Source: an uncultured Verrucomicrobiae bacterium (GTDB taxonomy: Bacteria; Verrucomicrobiota; Verrucomicrobiia; Opitutales; JABDGR01). From it: a stretch of 64,000 bases of DNA. Both the position numbers and the translations under genes were made by a program. The first letter of the stretch is position 1. Every line of letters starts with the position of its first letter. The notes below the pieces were generated by a model. It was not told the DNA's origin and did not search any database. It saw only the letters and a program-made list of their open reading frames with translations. The DNA lies in NCBI GenBank assembly GCA_963765205.1, contig CAVXVB010000009.1, forward strand, positions 64,001-128,000, given 5' to 3'. Positions 11,425-21,095 of this stretch are shown here, one piece after another.

Positions 11425-11604
11425 GACGCGGGGACGGGCGGACTGTCGGACAAACGGGATTATATCGCGGATTCGCCGGAACTAATCAATCCCACAATAC
11501 CCGCCAGGTTGCGCGCTTGACGTTGTTTTCTTAAAGTTCCATCTATTAATCCTACGGCTAATAAACCCGTTTGCCTGCCGGAATATTGCCAACCTCATCG
11601 GCCC

Positions 11605-12723
11605 ATGTCTCTGTTGCGTCCGCGTTTGCGCTCCCTGGCTCCAACCCTTTGCGGCGTCGCCACGCTGGGGTTGCTGAGTGCGTTTACTATCGTGGCGGGC
11701 CAGGCCCAAACTCAACCGCCCGCGGCTTCGGCCTCTGCACCTGTGGCGTCCGTAGTTGCCCCGACTGTCGCCGCTTCATCATCGCCCGCTAGCACCATAC
11801 CACCCGCAGCTTCCGGCCTGCGTGCGCGCGGTGCCCGCGGGTCGGCCGCGCCCGCCGCGCCGGTGGCCACGATTCCGCGCGATGCGCTGCCGTTTGTGCC
11901 AAAGGATTTTACAGCGGTTAATCCGAAGCTCCCGACGCTCGTCATCGCGGGCGACTCGACCGCGCAGACCGGCGACAACGCCCATCGCGGCTGGGCGGCG
12001 TTGCTGAATGATTATTTCGACTCGACCAAAATCAATCTGGTCAACCCGTCCATTGGCGGACGCTCGTTCCGCACTTTTTATCACGAAGGCCGCTGGGACC
12101 AATTGGTCGCCGGCCTCAAGCCCGGCGATATTGTCATGATCCAATTCGGCCATAATGACGGCGGCAACGTCCACAATGCCAATGGCCGCCCCGATTTGCC
12201 GGGCATGGGGGACGAGACGGAATCGGTTACCCTCGCCAACGGCACGACCGAGGTCGTGCACACTCTTGGTTGGTATCTCAAGAAATTCATCGCCGACGTA
12301 CGGGCAAAAGGCGCGACGCCCGTGGTTATGGCCGCCACGCCCTATAATCACTGGCTCAACGGCGTCTTCCTCCACCAGCCCGGCGATTTGTCCGCCGTGC
12401 AAAAGCAGATCGCCGACGACGAAAAAGTTCTCTACCTCAACCACACTGACATTATCGGCGACCGTTACGATCAACTGGGCCAGGAGGTCGTGCAGCCATT
12501 GTTCGGTGACGGCATCCTGCACACGACCACCCTTGGCGCCATCGTCAACGCCGAGGCCTTCATCGCCGGGATCAAAGCGCTGCAAATTAAAACGCTAACG
12601 GACGCGCTCAATGACAAGGGCCAGGTCATCGCGGTGTATAAGCCGGTGCCAGCCAAGCCTGCGCTTGATTGGGTGCCAACAATCGTACCGGCATCGGCCG
12701 CGGCATCTGCTGCTGCAAAATAA
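11605..12723 (+). CDS. secreted SGNH/GDSL hydrolase (rhamnogalacturonan acetylesterase-like)
   Basis: Signal peptide; AGDST, GW, GGRS.RTF, IQFGHND, catalytic-like His in ILHTT. Confidence 0.85.
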   Translation: MSLLRPRLRSLAPTLCGVATLGLLSAFTIVAGQAQTQPPAASASAPVASVVAPTVAASSSPASTIPPAASGLRARGARGSAAPAAPVATIPRDALPFVPKDFTAVNPKLPTLVIAGDSTAQTGDNAHRGWAALLNDYFDSTKINLVNPSIGGRSFRTFYHEGRWDQLVAGLKPGDIVMIQFGHNDGGNVHNANGRPDLPGMGDETESVTLANGTTEVVHTLGWYLKKFIADVRAKGATPVVMAATPYNHWLNGVFLHQPGDLSAVQKQIADDEKVLYLNHTDIIGDRYDQLGQEVVQPLFGDGILHTTTLGAIVNAEAFIAGIKALQIKTLTDALNDKGQVIAVYKPVPAKPALDWVPTIVPASAAASAAAK

Positions 12724-12819
12724 GCTGAATTGCCTACCCGGCTGACGCGGATGGTGGGGGGGACGGTTTGCCCGCGTAATGTTGGGGTAACTATCAACCT
12801 GCTACGATTAACCTTCCCT

Positions 12820-14073
12820 ATGAAAACCCTATCTCGTTTGTCCTTCCCCCTCTTTACCGCTGCGTTGGCCCTGCCGGCCTTAACTGGTTTCGCCCAAACC
12901 GCACCCGCTGCCACGTCTGCCCCGGCGGCTGCGGACCAGCCCTACAAAGTTCTCGCCACCACCCAAATTCCCGCCTCGGGTGGGATTGACTATATCGCGG
13001 CGGACAGCCTCAACCGCCGCGTCTATTCCGCTTCCGGCAGCGTGGTCAGTGTGTTCGACCTCGACACCTACAAGTTGGTGGGCAGCCTGCCCAATGCGTC
13101 CGGCCATGGCGTGGCGCTCGACCCGGAAAACCACACGGGCCTCGTCTCCGGCACCAACGCGGTCTTTTTTAACACCCAGACCCTCCAGCCGATAAAAACG
13201 GTGCAGGCGCGCGGCGCGGACGGCTATCTCTTCGATCCTTTTACCCATCACTTCATTATTCTCAGCCACGGCGCGCCCAACCTTCACGTATTTGATTCCA
13301 AAGACGGTACCGATGTCGGCACCGTGGACGCAATTGGCAAGGACGGCAGCAACGCCGCGGTGGAGCAAGGCGCCACGGACGGCCAGGGCAATCTTTATTT
13401 TGACGTCGAAGACCAGGGCTGCATCGCCGTGGTGGACGCCAAGACCCTCAAAGTAACCGCGGAATACGACTTGGGCCCCAAAGGGGCCGGGAATGCGGGT
13501 TTGGCCATTGACGCCAAGAACCACATTCTTTTTGCGATGTGCCGTGGGGCGGGCGGTCGCGGAGCGCCGGCGGGTGGGGCGGCTTCCAGTGGGCCGACTT
13601 GTGTGATCCTAAGTGCCACCGATGGCAAAATCATCACCACGCTACCGCTCGCCGGTGGCAGCGACGGCGCGGTCTTCAACCCCAATACCATGGAAGCCAT
13701 TAGTTCTTCCGGCGGTGGCAATGGCACCCTGTCCATCATCAAGGAAAATAGTCCGACGGATTTTGTGGTGGAAGACACCGTGACGACCAAATCCGGCGCC
13801 AAATGCTGCACGCTGGACACCAAGACCAATCACATCATCGTGCATACCACAGAGAGGGCTCCGGCGCCCGCCGTTCCAGCGGCTTCGGCTGCCTCTGCGG
13901 TGGCTTCCGCTCCAGCGATGGCGGCGGCTGCAGCTTCGGCTTCCGCCGCCCCGGCCATGGCATCGGCTTCCGCATCGGCTCCGGCAGCGTCCGGCGGTCG
14001 GCGTGGTGGTCGCGGCCCCCAGGGCCCCCAGACGCTGGATATTATCTTTGTTGGTCGCGATAGCGCGAAATAG
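12820..14073 (+). CDS. secreted YncE-like beta-propeller protein
   Basis: Signal peptide; GGIDY, HGVALD, GLAID, DGAVFNP, KCCTLD repeats; Ala/Ser/RGG loop before the last strand. Confidence 0.75.
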   Translation: MKTLSRLSFPLFTAALALPALTGFAQTAPAATSAPAAADQPYKVLATTQIPASGGIDYIAADSLNRRVYSASGSVVSVFDLDTYKLVGSLPNASGHGVALDPENHTGLVSGTNAVFFNTQTLQPIKTVQARGADGYLFDPFTHHFIILSHGAPNLHVFDSKDGTDVGTVDAIGKDGSNAAVEQGATDGQGNLYFDVEDQGCIAVVDAKTLKVTAEYDLGPKGAGNAGLAIDAKNHILFAMCRGAGGRGAPAGGAASSGPTCVILSATDGKIITTLPLAGGSDGAVFNPNTMEAISSSGGGNGTLSIIKENSPTDFVVEDTVTTKSGAKCCTLDTKTNHIIVHTTERAPAPAVPAASAASAVASAPAMAAAAASASAAPAMASASASAPAASGGRRGGRGPQGPQTLDIIFVGRDSAK

Positions 14074-14142
14074 TCCAATGCGGCAAGGATGCCCGGCATA
14101 ATGTTCCGGCAACCCTTAACCTGCTATTTTTAATCTCCTTCC

Positions 14143-15342
14143 ATGAAAACCCCGTCACGTTTTTTCTGCCTGCTCTTGGTTTCCGCGTTCGCCCCGTCGG
14201 CGTTTACCAGTATCGCCCAAACTGCTCCGGCCGCCGCTCCGGCGGCTACCGCCGCCAAGCCCTACTCCGTGCTCAAGACGGTGAAAATTGACCCCGCGCC
14301 GGGCGGCATTGATTATGTGTTCGCGGACGCGGATGGCCGCCGCCTCTATGTCCCCCGCGCCACGCGCGTCTCGGTCTTTGACCTCGACAGCCTCAAGCCC
14401 GTCGGCGAAATCGCCGGCGCCGCCGGCGTGCATGGGGCGGTGGTGGACCCGGAATACCACACCGGCTTTTGCAGCAGCAACCCCGTCGTGATGTGGAACA
14501 CGCAAACCCTGGCGCAGATCAAAACCATCCCCGTGCAAGGCCGGCCCGACGGAATTCTGTTCGACGCCCCGACCCATCACGTTTTCATCCTCAGCCACAG
14601 CCAGCCCAACTTGATCGTCCTTGACGCCAAGGACGGCACGATCGTCGGCACAGTGGACCATCTGGGCAAGGCGGATGCCAACGGCAATCCGGATTCCGTC
14701 GGCTCCGTCGAGCAAGGCGCGAGCGATGGCAACGGTCACCTTTATTTCGACCTTGAGGACCAGGATTGCCTCGCGGTCGTGGATGCCAAGACCCTGAAAG
14801 TCACCGGACACTACGATGTCAGCAGCAAGGCCGGCGGGCCGGGCGGCCTGGGGATTGACGCCAAGAATCACCTCCTCTTTGCCATGTGCCATGATCCGGC
14901 GACTTGCGTGGTGCTCAGCGCCGACGATGGCAAAATCCTCGCCGCCTTGCCCATTGGCGAGGACTCGGATGCCGGCACTTTCAATCCCAACACCTTGGAA
15001 GCCTTCAGCTCCAACAACGACGGCACCCTCAGCATCATCAAGGAAAACAGCCCGACCGAATTTTCGGCGTCAACGCTGGCCACCCGGCCAGGCGCCAAAA
15101 CCTGCACGCTTGATGCCAAGACGAATCAAATCATTTTGATCGCCACGGAAGCCGCGCCCCCGGCAGCGGCTGCGTCGGCCTCGGCTTCCGCAGCTCCGGC
15201 AGCGGCCTCCGCCTCGGCGGCAGGCTCGACCCCGGCGATGGCGGCGGCCCCGGCGGCGAGCGGCCAACGTGGTGGGAGGGGCGGTCGTGGTGGTCGTGGT
15301 GGCGGCCCGCAGATTCTGGACATCCTCGTTGTTGGCCGGTAA
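14143..15342 (+). CDS. secreted YncE-like beta-propeller protein (paralogue of 12820-14073)
   Basis: Co-linear with the upstream gene (VEQGA.DG.G.LYFD.EDQ, VVDAKTLKVT, GTLSIIKENSPT). Confidence 0.75.
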   Translation: MKTPSRFFCLLLVSAFAPSAFTSIAQTAPAAAPAATAAKPYSVLKTVKIDPAPGGIDYVFADADGRRLYVPRATRVSVFDLDSLKPVGEIAGAAGVHGAVVDPEYHTGFCSSNPVVMWNTQTLAQIKTIPVQGRPDGILFDAPTHHVFILSHSQPNLIVLDAKDGTIVGTVDHLGKADANGNPDSVGSVEQGASDGNGHLYFDLEDQDCLAVVDAKTLKVTGHYDVSSKAGGPGGLGIDAKNHLLFAMCHDPATCVVLSADDGKILAALPIGEDSDAGTFNPNTLEAFSSNNDGTLSIIKENSPTEFSASTLATRPGAKTCTLDAKTNQIILIATEAAPPAAAASASASAAPAAASASAAGSTPAMAAAPAASGQRGGRGGRGGRGGGPQILDILVVGR

Positions 15343-15405
15343 AGCGCCGGCCCGTCTGGCGGGGTCCTCGCTCACAACCTCCGCTCGAACTTGGACTCAA
15401 GACCA

Positions 15406-16254
15406 CTACTGGATAGAGCTGAGGGCAACGCGGAAGCCGAGGGAGTGGCTGCGGCGGTCGGAAGCGAGGTCGCCGTGGCGGTCCGCCGAGCGGCAATCCA
15501 CGGCGGCGTTGCTCCAACTGCCGCCGCGATGAACGCGGTTGGTGCCCGAGGTGGGACCCGTGGGATCGGTTACCGAGCCGCCCGGATAGTCCCCATACCA
15601 GTCGAGGATCCATTCCCACACTTCGCCGTGCATGTCGAAAAGGCCCCAGGCATTCGGTTGCTTGGCACCCACCGGATGCGTGGTCTTGCTGCTGTTCTGG
15701 ACATACCAAGCCATTGTGTCGAGGTCGCCCGCATACGGCCCGGTGGTGCCCGCCCGGCAGGCATATTCCCATTGCGCTTCCGTCGGCAGTGTGAAAATAT
15801 AGCCATCCGGCAAACGCCCAGCGGCCCGCTCCCGTTCGGTCAGCTTTTGGCAAAAAGCCATGGCTTCATCCCAGGTGACGTTCTCCACCGGTGCGTCCGG
15901 CCCCGCCGCCTTGAAGTAGCTGGGATTCGTTCCCATCACCGCCTCATATTGTCCCTGGGTCACATCCGTTGCGCCGAGGTAAAAATCCTTGGTCAGGGTC
16001 ACGCGGGTCTGCGGCCCTTCGTTATTCGAGCGGCCCGCTTCGTCAGGGGGGCTGCCCATTAAAAATGTGCCAGCGGGAATTTGCACGAGTTTGATGCCGG
16101 TGTCGGCGGCGAATTGAGAACGCAGGGTGGTCAATTCAGCCGAAACGGACGAAGGCCCGGCGACCTGGCAGCCTGGGCCGGCCGCGAGCGCGAAAAAGAA
16201 AACGAGCACGACACTGGCGTGTAGTGGGCAAAGTTTACTTTCTTGGGCCGTCAT
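15406..16254 (-). CDS. formylglycine-generating-enzyme (FGE/SUMF1) domain protein, likely exported
   Basis: F.MGS, EGPQ, P...V.W..A..FC, LPTEAQWEYACRAG, PNAWGLFDMHG, RGGSW, LGFRVA. Confidence 0.92.
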   Translation of the reverse strand: MTAQESKLCPLHASVVLVFFFALAAGPGCQVAGPSSVSAELTTLRSQFAADTGIKLVQIPAGTFLMGSPPDEAGRSNNEGPQTRVTLTKDFYLGATDVTQGQYEAVMGTNPSYFKAAGPDAPVENVTWDEAMAFCQKLTERERAAGRLPDGYIFTLPTEAQWEYACRAGTTGPYAGDLDTMAWYVQNSSKTTHPVGAKQPNAWGLFDMHGEVWEWILDWYGDYPGGSVTDPTGPTSGTNRVHRGGSWSNAAVDCRSADRHGDLASDRRSHSLGFRVALSSIQ

Positions 16255-16313
16255 TGCGGGGATTGGAGGAATGGGAATTTTTGACCACTCGATGGGTATC
16301 CGTCGAGGTTCTT

Positions 16314-17171
16314 TTACGTTGTCTCGCGGTTCATTATCTGAATGACGAGCGCGGTCGTATTGTCACGGCCATCTTTCTCCAGCGAGGCGTCCACCAGGCG
16401 CTCTGCGAGGTTGGCGTTGGTTTCCGGGGAGGGTGGGGAGCGCAAAAGTTCAGCGAGCTGGCCGTCATAAAGCCCCTCATTCAGGCCGTCGGAGCAGAGC
16501 AAAAAGGTATCCCCGGCCTCATACGCTACCGCGCCGACTTGGGGGTCCACGAACTGGTTGCCGCCGCCCAGTGCTTTTTGCAGCACATTCCGTCGCGGGT
16601 GGGTGCGGGCTTCGCGTTCATTGAGCATCCCGCGCCGGAAGAGCCAGCCGACGTGCGTGTCATCGTGGCTGAGTTGCTTGATTTCGCCGGCTTGGGCGGG
16701 CAAATAGTAAATCCGGCTGTCGCCGACGTGGCCGAAGTGCATCCATTCCGGCGTAAACCAGCACAAGCTCAGGGTGGTTTCCATGCCCGCGCATTCCTCG
16801 TAACTTTCCCCGAGGTGGGCGAGGGCCTGGTGGATTTGGCCGAAAAGCTCCGTCAACACATCTTCAAAACTAGTGGCTAAGCCGACGGCCGAATGCCGGA
16901 ACTCGCGCGGCAGCAGGGTAGTGATTTTTTCCACGGCAATCCGGCTGGCTACTTCCCCGGCGCGCGCCCCACCCATGCCGTCGCACACCGCGAAAGCCAG
17001 GTCGGCATTGCGGGTCGAGGCTTCCCCGATTTTTCCCAGGCGGTGAATCTCCCGTCCGTCGAATTGCAGCCCGAGAAAAGCGTCTTCGTTGTTGGGGCGG
17101 ACCTTGCCGCGATCCGTCCGGCCGAACCATTGCAGGCGGGCGGAAGTGAGGGCTGGGCGGTGGGGTTCCAT
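16314..17171 (-). CDS. PP2C/PPM-family Ser/Thr protein phosphatase
   Basis: TDRGKVR.NNED, VCDGMGG, HVGDSR, LCSDGL, GRDNTT. Confidence 0.95.
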   Translation of the reverse strand: MEPHRPALTSARLQWFGRTDRGKVRPNNEDAFLGLQFDGREIHRLGKIGEASTRNADLAFAVCDGMGGARAGEVASRIAVEKITTLLPREFRHSAVGLATSFEDVLTELFGQIHQALAHLGESYEECAGMETTLSLCWFTPEWMHFGHVGDSRIYYLPAQAGEIKQLSHDDTHVGWLFRRGMLNEREARTHPRRNVLQKALGGGNQFVDPQVGAVAYEAGDTFLLCSDGLNEGLYDGQLAELLRSPPSPETNANLAERLVDASLEKDGRDNTTALVIQIMNRETT

Positions 17172-17183
17172 GGCGGCGGGCGG

Positions 17184-17567
17184 TTACTCGAAACCGGGCA
17201 GGATGGTGGATAGCTCGAAATCAATCACGCAAAATCGCCCGTCGCGGGGCCGGTAGGTCACGTTGCGCAGGTCCGCATCGTCGTGGCGCACGCCGTATTT
17301 TTCCAACTCGGCAAACAGTTCCTGGAGGCGCTCGGCATCCAGGTGTTCGACACGGTTGCCGCAGTTGGTGGTGACGATGCGTAGTTCCGTTGGGACGGCT
17401 TCAAGCAGGCGGGGGGTAAAGGGGCAACCCCGCGCCGCGAGATGGCGCAGCACCCGCACTTCGTTCTCAAAACGCTGCGCCGCATCGGGCCCGTGGTAAG
17501 CCTTATACACCCGTCCGTCATAAGACAGGCGGACAGTGGATCGAAGAGTGTCTTTGACCAGCTCCAT
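17184..17567 (-). CDS. minimal (127 aa) protein-kinase-like protein
   Basis: VYK lysine, FENE helix-C glutamate, HDDADLRNV catalytic loop, IDFE; ends right after the DFx motif. Confidence 0.7.
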   Translation of the reverse strand: MELVKDTLRSTVRLSYDGRVYKAYHGPDAAQRFENEVRVLRHLAARGCPFTPRLLEAVPTELRIVTTNCGNRVEHLDAERLQELFAELEKYGVRHDDADLRNVTYRPRDGRFCVIDFELSTILPGFE

Positions 17568-17788
17568 GGAAGAAAACTGTAGCCTGCACGGGCGAGGCAG
17601 TAGTCACTATGGCTGGTTTCATTTATTTAGGGAAGCCGCATTGGCGGACTGCCCGTTGGGAATAAGGTTTGCTCCGCTGGGCAAAATAATCGCTGCGCCC
17701 TATCGTTTGAGCCAATTTGGCGGCCAAATATTTGAATTATATTCAAGAAGTAAACATTTGCATATATTTCGTGTTTATTTTGTTAAAA

Positions 17789-17804
17789 TGGCATCATAAT
17801 TGCT
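17789..17804 (+). promoter_or_regulatory. sigma54 (RpoN) -24/-12 promoter of glnII
   Basis: TGGCATCATAATTGCT: GG and GC exactly 10 nt apart, 100 bp upstream of the glnII ATG, preceded by an AT-rich tract. Confidence 0.75.
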
Positions 17805-17903
17805 TGAAATTCTCGTTCTTGGCGTCGTAATTTCAGTTGCCAAGAGGCGCTTTGCGAACTACCGACAAACCTCGGTTCCCTAAATCCATAATACAAACCT
17901 ACC

Positions 17904-18947
17904 ATGGCCAAATATAAACTCGAATACATCTGGTTGGACGGCTACGAGCCCGTCCCCAACCTGCGCGGCAAAACCCAAATCAAGGAATTCGGCAGCTTCC
18001 CGAAACTTGAGGATCTGCCCATGTGGGGCTTTGACGGAAGTTCCACCCGGCAAGCGGAAGGGAAAACCTCCGACTGCATGCTCAAGCCGGTGGCCTCCTT
18101 TCCGGATTCGACCAAAAAGAACGGGGTGCTCGTCATGTGCGAAGTGATGATGCCCGACGGGAAAACACCACACCCGTCCAACACCCGCGCGACCATTCTC
18201 GACGACCCGGGCGCCTGGTTTGGCTACGAGCAGGAATATTTCCTTTATAAGGACGGCGCGCCCCTCGGCTTCCCGCCGGGCGGCGGCTACCCGCCCCCGC
18301 AGGGCGAATACTACACCGGCGTCGGCTACAAAAACGTCGGCGACATCGCCCGCGAGATTGTGGACACCCATCTCGACCTGTGTCTGGACGCCGGCATCAA
18401 CCACGAAGGCATCAACGCCGAAGTGGCCAAGGGCCAGTGGGAATTCCAGATTTTCGGCAAAGGCTCGAAAAGCGCCGCCGACCAGATGTGGATGGCCCGC
18501 TATATTCTAATGCGCCTCTGCGAAAAATACAAAGTGGACGTCAACTGGCATTGCAAGCCGCTCGGCAAGGACGTGGACTGGAATGGCTCCGGCATGCACT
18601 CCAACTTCTCGACCAAGTATATGCGTGAAGTCGGCGGCAAAGATTACTTCGAGGCCCTCATGGCGGCGTTCGACAAATACAAGAACGAGCACATCGCCGT
18701 CTATGGCCCCGACAACCATCTGCGCCTGACCGGCCTGCATGAAACGCAGTCCATTGACAAATTCAACTACGGCGTCGGCAACCGCGGCGCGTCCGTGCGC
18801 GTCCCGCACAGCTTCGTCAACAACGGCTACAAAGGCTACTTGGAAGATCGCCGCCCGAACTCGCAGGGCGACCCGTATAAAATCGCCAGCCGCATTCTGC
18901 AGACCATCGCCACCGTCCCGACCCCTCCGGCCAAGAAAGGCAAATAG
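17904..18947 (+). CDS. glnII: glutamine synthetase type II
   Basis: LEYIWLDG, WGFDGSST.QAEG, GINAEVAKGQWEFQ, DWNGSGMH.NFS, RLTG.HET, NRGASVR, YLEDRRP; 347 aa. Confidence 0.95.
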   Translation: MAKYKLEYIWLDGYEPVPNLRGKTQIKEFGSFPKLEDLPMWGFDGSSTRQAEGKTSDCMLKPVASFPDSTKKNGVLVMCEVMMPDGKTPHPSNTRATILDDPGAWFGYEQEYFLYKDGAPLGFPPGGGYPPPQGEYYTGVGYKNVGDIAREIVDTHLDLCLDAGINHEGINAEVAKGQWEFQIFGKGSKSAADQMWMARYILMRLCEKYKVDVNWHCKPLGKDVDWNGSGMHSNFSTKYMREVGGKDYFEALMAAFDKYKNEHIAVYGPDNHLRLTGLHETQSIDKFNYGVGNRGASVRVPHSFVNNGYKGYLEDRRPNSQGDPYKIASRILQTIATVPTPPAKKGK

Positions 18948-18975
18948 CCTTTCGGTCGCACGCCGCCGCTTCGCC

Positions 18976-19020
18976 AACCGCCCCGGGAATCTTCCAGATT
19001 CCCGGGGCGGTTTTTTATTT
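18976..19020 (+). terminator. rho-independent terminator of glnII
   Basis: aaccgccccgggaatct-tcc-agattcccggggcggtt followed by a T-run. Confidence 0.9.
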
Positions 19021-19217
19021 CCGCAAGGATGCCCTGTATCATCGGATTGTTACGGTGCGGAAATAATTCCGTGACAACCGTGGCTTTTGCGTGACGCCAT
19101 GTAAAATTGTGGCTACGGAGCGGGCCGTTAGTTGACACGGCGGAGCGATGGATTACCTGTGAATTGTTGGCCAGCCAGATCCACGCTTCCCTCACTTTAT
19201 CCGTCCCGCGCCCCGCC

Positions 19218-20840
19218 ATGAACATCAGTCCATCCTTACGCCATTTCCTTTCATCCGGATGCCGCCAGGCGCGCGCGTCCCGCCATCCGTTCCTGCGGCG
19301 TCTGAAAATCTTGGGCGGCGCGGCGCTGTTGGCCGCCGCTACGCCGGCCCGGGCGCAATTCATCCAAGGGGATCTGGTGGTGAGCTCGAGGACTTATGAG
19401 GACATCGGCGCCGTCGCCAATCTTACTGTCGGGCAGACGCTGCCCGGCGGTGGCACCGCTGTTGACAATGGCACTTATCCCAATGTCTTTTTCAACGACA
19501 CCCCGGACAGCAGCTTTGGCGTGACTTCGCCCATCTTTCTCCTCCAATTCAGCACCACGGGCATTGCGGGTCCTACCATTCCGATTCCCACCAGCGAGCT
19601 GGTCACCAGTTTTTCGTCCAAATCCGAACTTGCGCTCAATTTGTCGCCAAATGGGGAATACCTGACTTTTATGGACTATGTGGCGCCCGTGGGCACGCTG
19701 GACGTGTCGAACGCGAACACGCCGGGCATCATTGAGCCGGGCAACCCCGTGACCACGATGCCGACCTACCGCGCCGTGGCGCAAATGGATGCCAATGGGG
19801 ATTTGGAAATCACCACAACCAACGCCTACCCAGGTAATAATGGCCGCGCCGCGATCTTGGCGAATGGCGTTTATTACACTGTGGGCAACGGCGGTAATGG
19901 CAACGGCTCCCCGCAGGTGACGAATGCCACGGGCGTGCAAATGGTTATTCCGGGCGTGAATGCCACCGCCAACACCACGAACCCAGGCACCAACCCCGTG
20001 GGTGCGTTCAACATTAACACCGTCATCAACCCGGCGACGGGCAATCTATATGCAGCCGACAAGCCGGCGAAAGACAACAATTTTCGCGGCGAAACAATCT
20101 ACGACAACACGCTCTACGTGACCAAAGGCAGCGGCAGCAACGGTATTGACACCGTTTACCAGGTGGGCAACACCGGCAGCCTGCCCAGCACCAACCCGGC
20201 CACCGCTGCCACGACGCCCATCACGGTGTTGCCGGGTTTCAACACCGTAGATGCCAAGGCGACCATCAGCCCGACGAACCCCGCGTCCAACCCTTTCGGC
20301 CTCTTCTTCGCCAATTCCAGCACGCTCTATGTGGCCGATGAGGGCGACGGCGTGCTCGCCGACCTCTCCAACGGCAACGATCCGAACTCCGGCCTGCAAA
20401 AATGGAGCCTGGTCAACGGCACCTGGAAACTCGATTATGTGCTGCAAAACGGCCTGAATCTGGGCTCGAACTACACCATCAGCAGCGGCAATTTAAGCTA
20501 TTTCCCGACGGCGACGGACGGCCTGCGCAACATCACTGGCACCGTGCTGGGTAATGGCACCGTGGACATTTATGGCATCACTTCGACGGTCAGCGGGTCG
20601 GGCGACCAGGGCGCCGACCCGAATGAGTTGGTGGAAATTAGCGACAACCTGACGGACACCACATCTGCCGGCAATGAAACCTTTGATGTCTTGGACACGG
20701 CGACCTACGGGCAAGTGCTGCGCGGGGTGTCGTTTGCGCCCACGGCCATCCCGGTGCCCGAGCCGTCCACCTACGCGTTGTTGTTCGGCGCGGCGGGACT
20801 GCTCCTGGCTTGGCGGCGGAAGCGCCGCGCACAGGCGTAA
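19218..20840 (+). CDS. secreted PEP-CTERM protein (probable beta-propeller fold)
   Basis: Signal peptide ending ARA-Q; C-terminal VPEPSTYALLFGAAGLLLAWRRKRR. Confidence 0.9.
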   Translation: MNISPSLRHFLSSGCRQARASRHPFLRRLKILGGAALLAAATPARAQFIQGDLVVSSRTYEDIGAVANLTVGQTLPGGGTAVDNGTYPNVFFNDTPDSSFGVTSPIFLLQFSTTGIAGPTIPIPTSELVTSFSSKSELALNLSPNGEYLTFMDYVAPVGTLDVSNANTPGIIEPGNPVTTMPTYRAVAQMDANGDLEITTTNAYPGNNGRAAILANGVYYTVGNGGNGNGSPQVTNATGVQMVIPGVNATANTTNPGTNPVGAFNINTVINPATGNLYAADKPAKDNNFRGETIYDNTLYVTKGSGSNGIDTVYQVGNTGSLPSTNPATAATTPITVLPGFNTVDAKATISPTNPASNPFGLFFANSSTLYVADEGDGVLADLSNGNDPNSGLQKWSLVNGTWKLDYVLQNGLNLGSNYTISSGNLSYFPTATDGLRNITGTVLGNGTVDIYGITSTVSGSGDQGADPNELVEISDNLTDTTSAGNETFDVLDTATYGQVLRGVSFAPTAIPVPEPSTYALLFGAAGLLLAWRRKRRAQA

Positions 20841-21095
20841 TACTTCCGGAGCCAATTATACCACTCGCATCTCCAGGCAACCGTATCCTCCATGCGTGGG
20901 GCGGGAACCGATCTTTTTTTGGCCAGGAATGTTAAATATAAATGGCTTTTACGTGACAATGTGTCGTAGGCGTAACGTTTTGGAAAACAGGGCGCTAGAC
21001 GCTTGCAAACCACCCACTCTTGAACGAATAACGACCTTGCTGGTCGAAAATTTCGCTCCAATCAAATTTCTCCACCACTTCTCCAATCCATCTCC

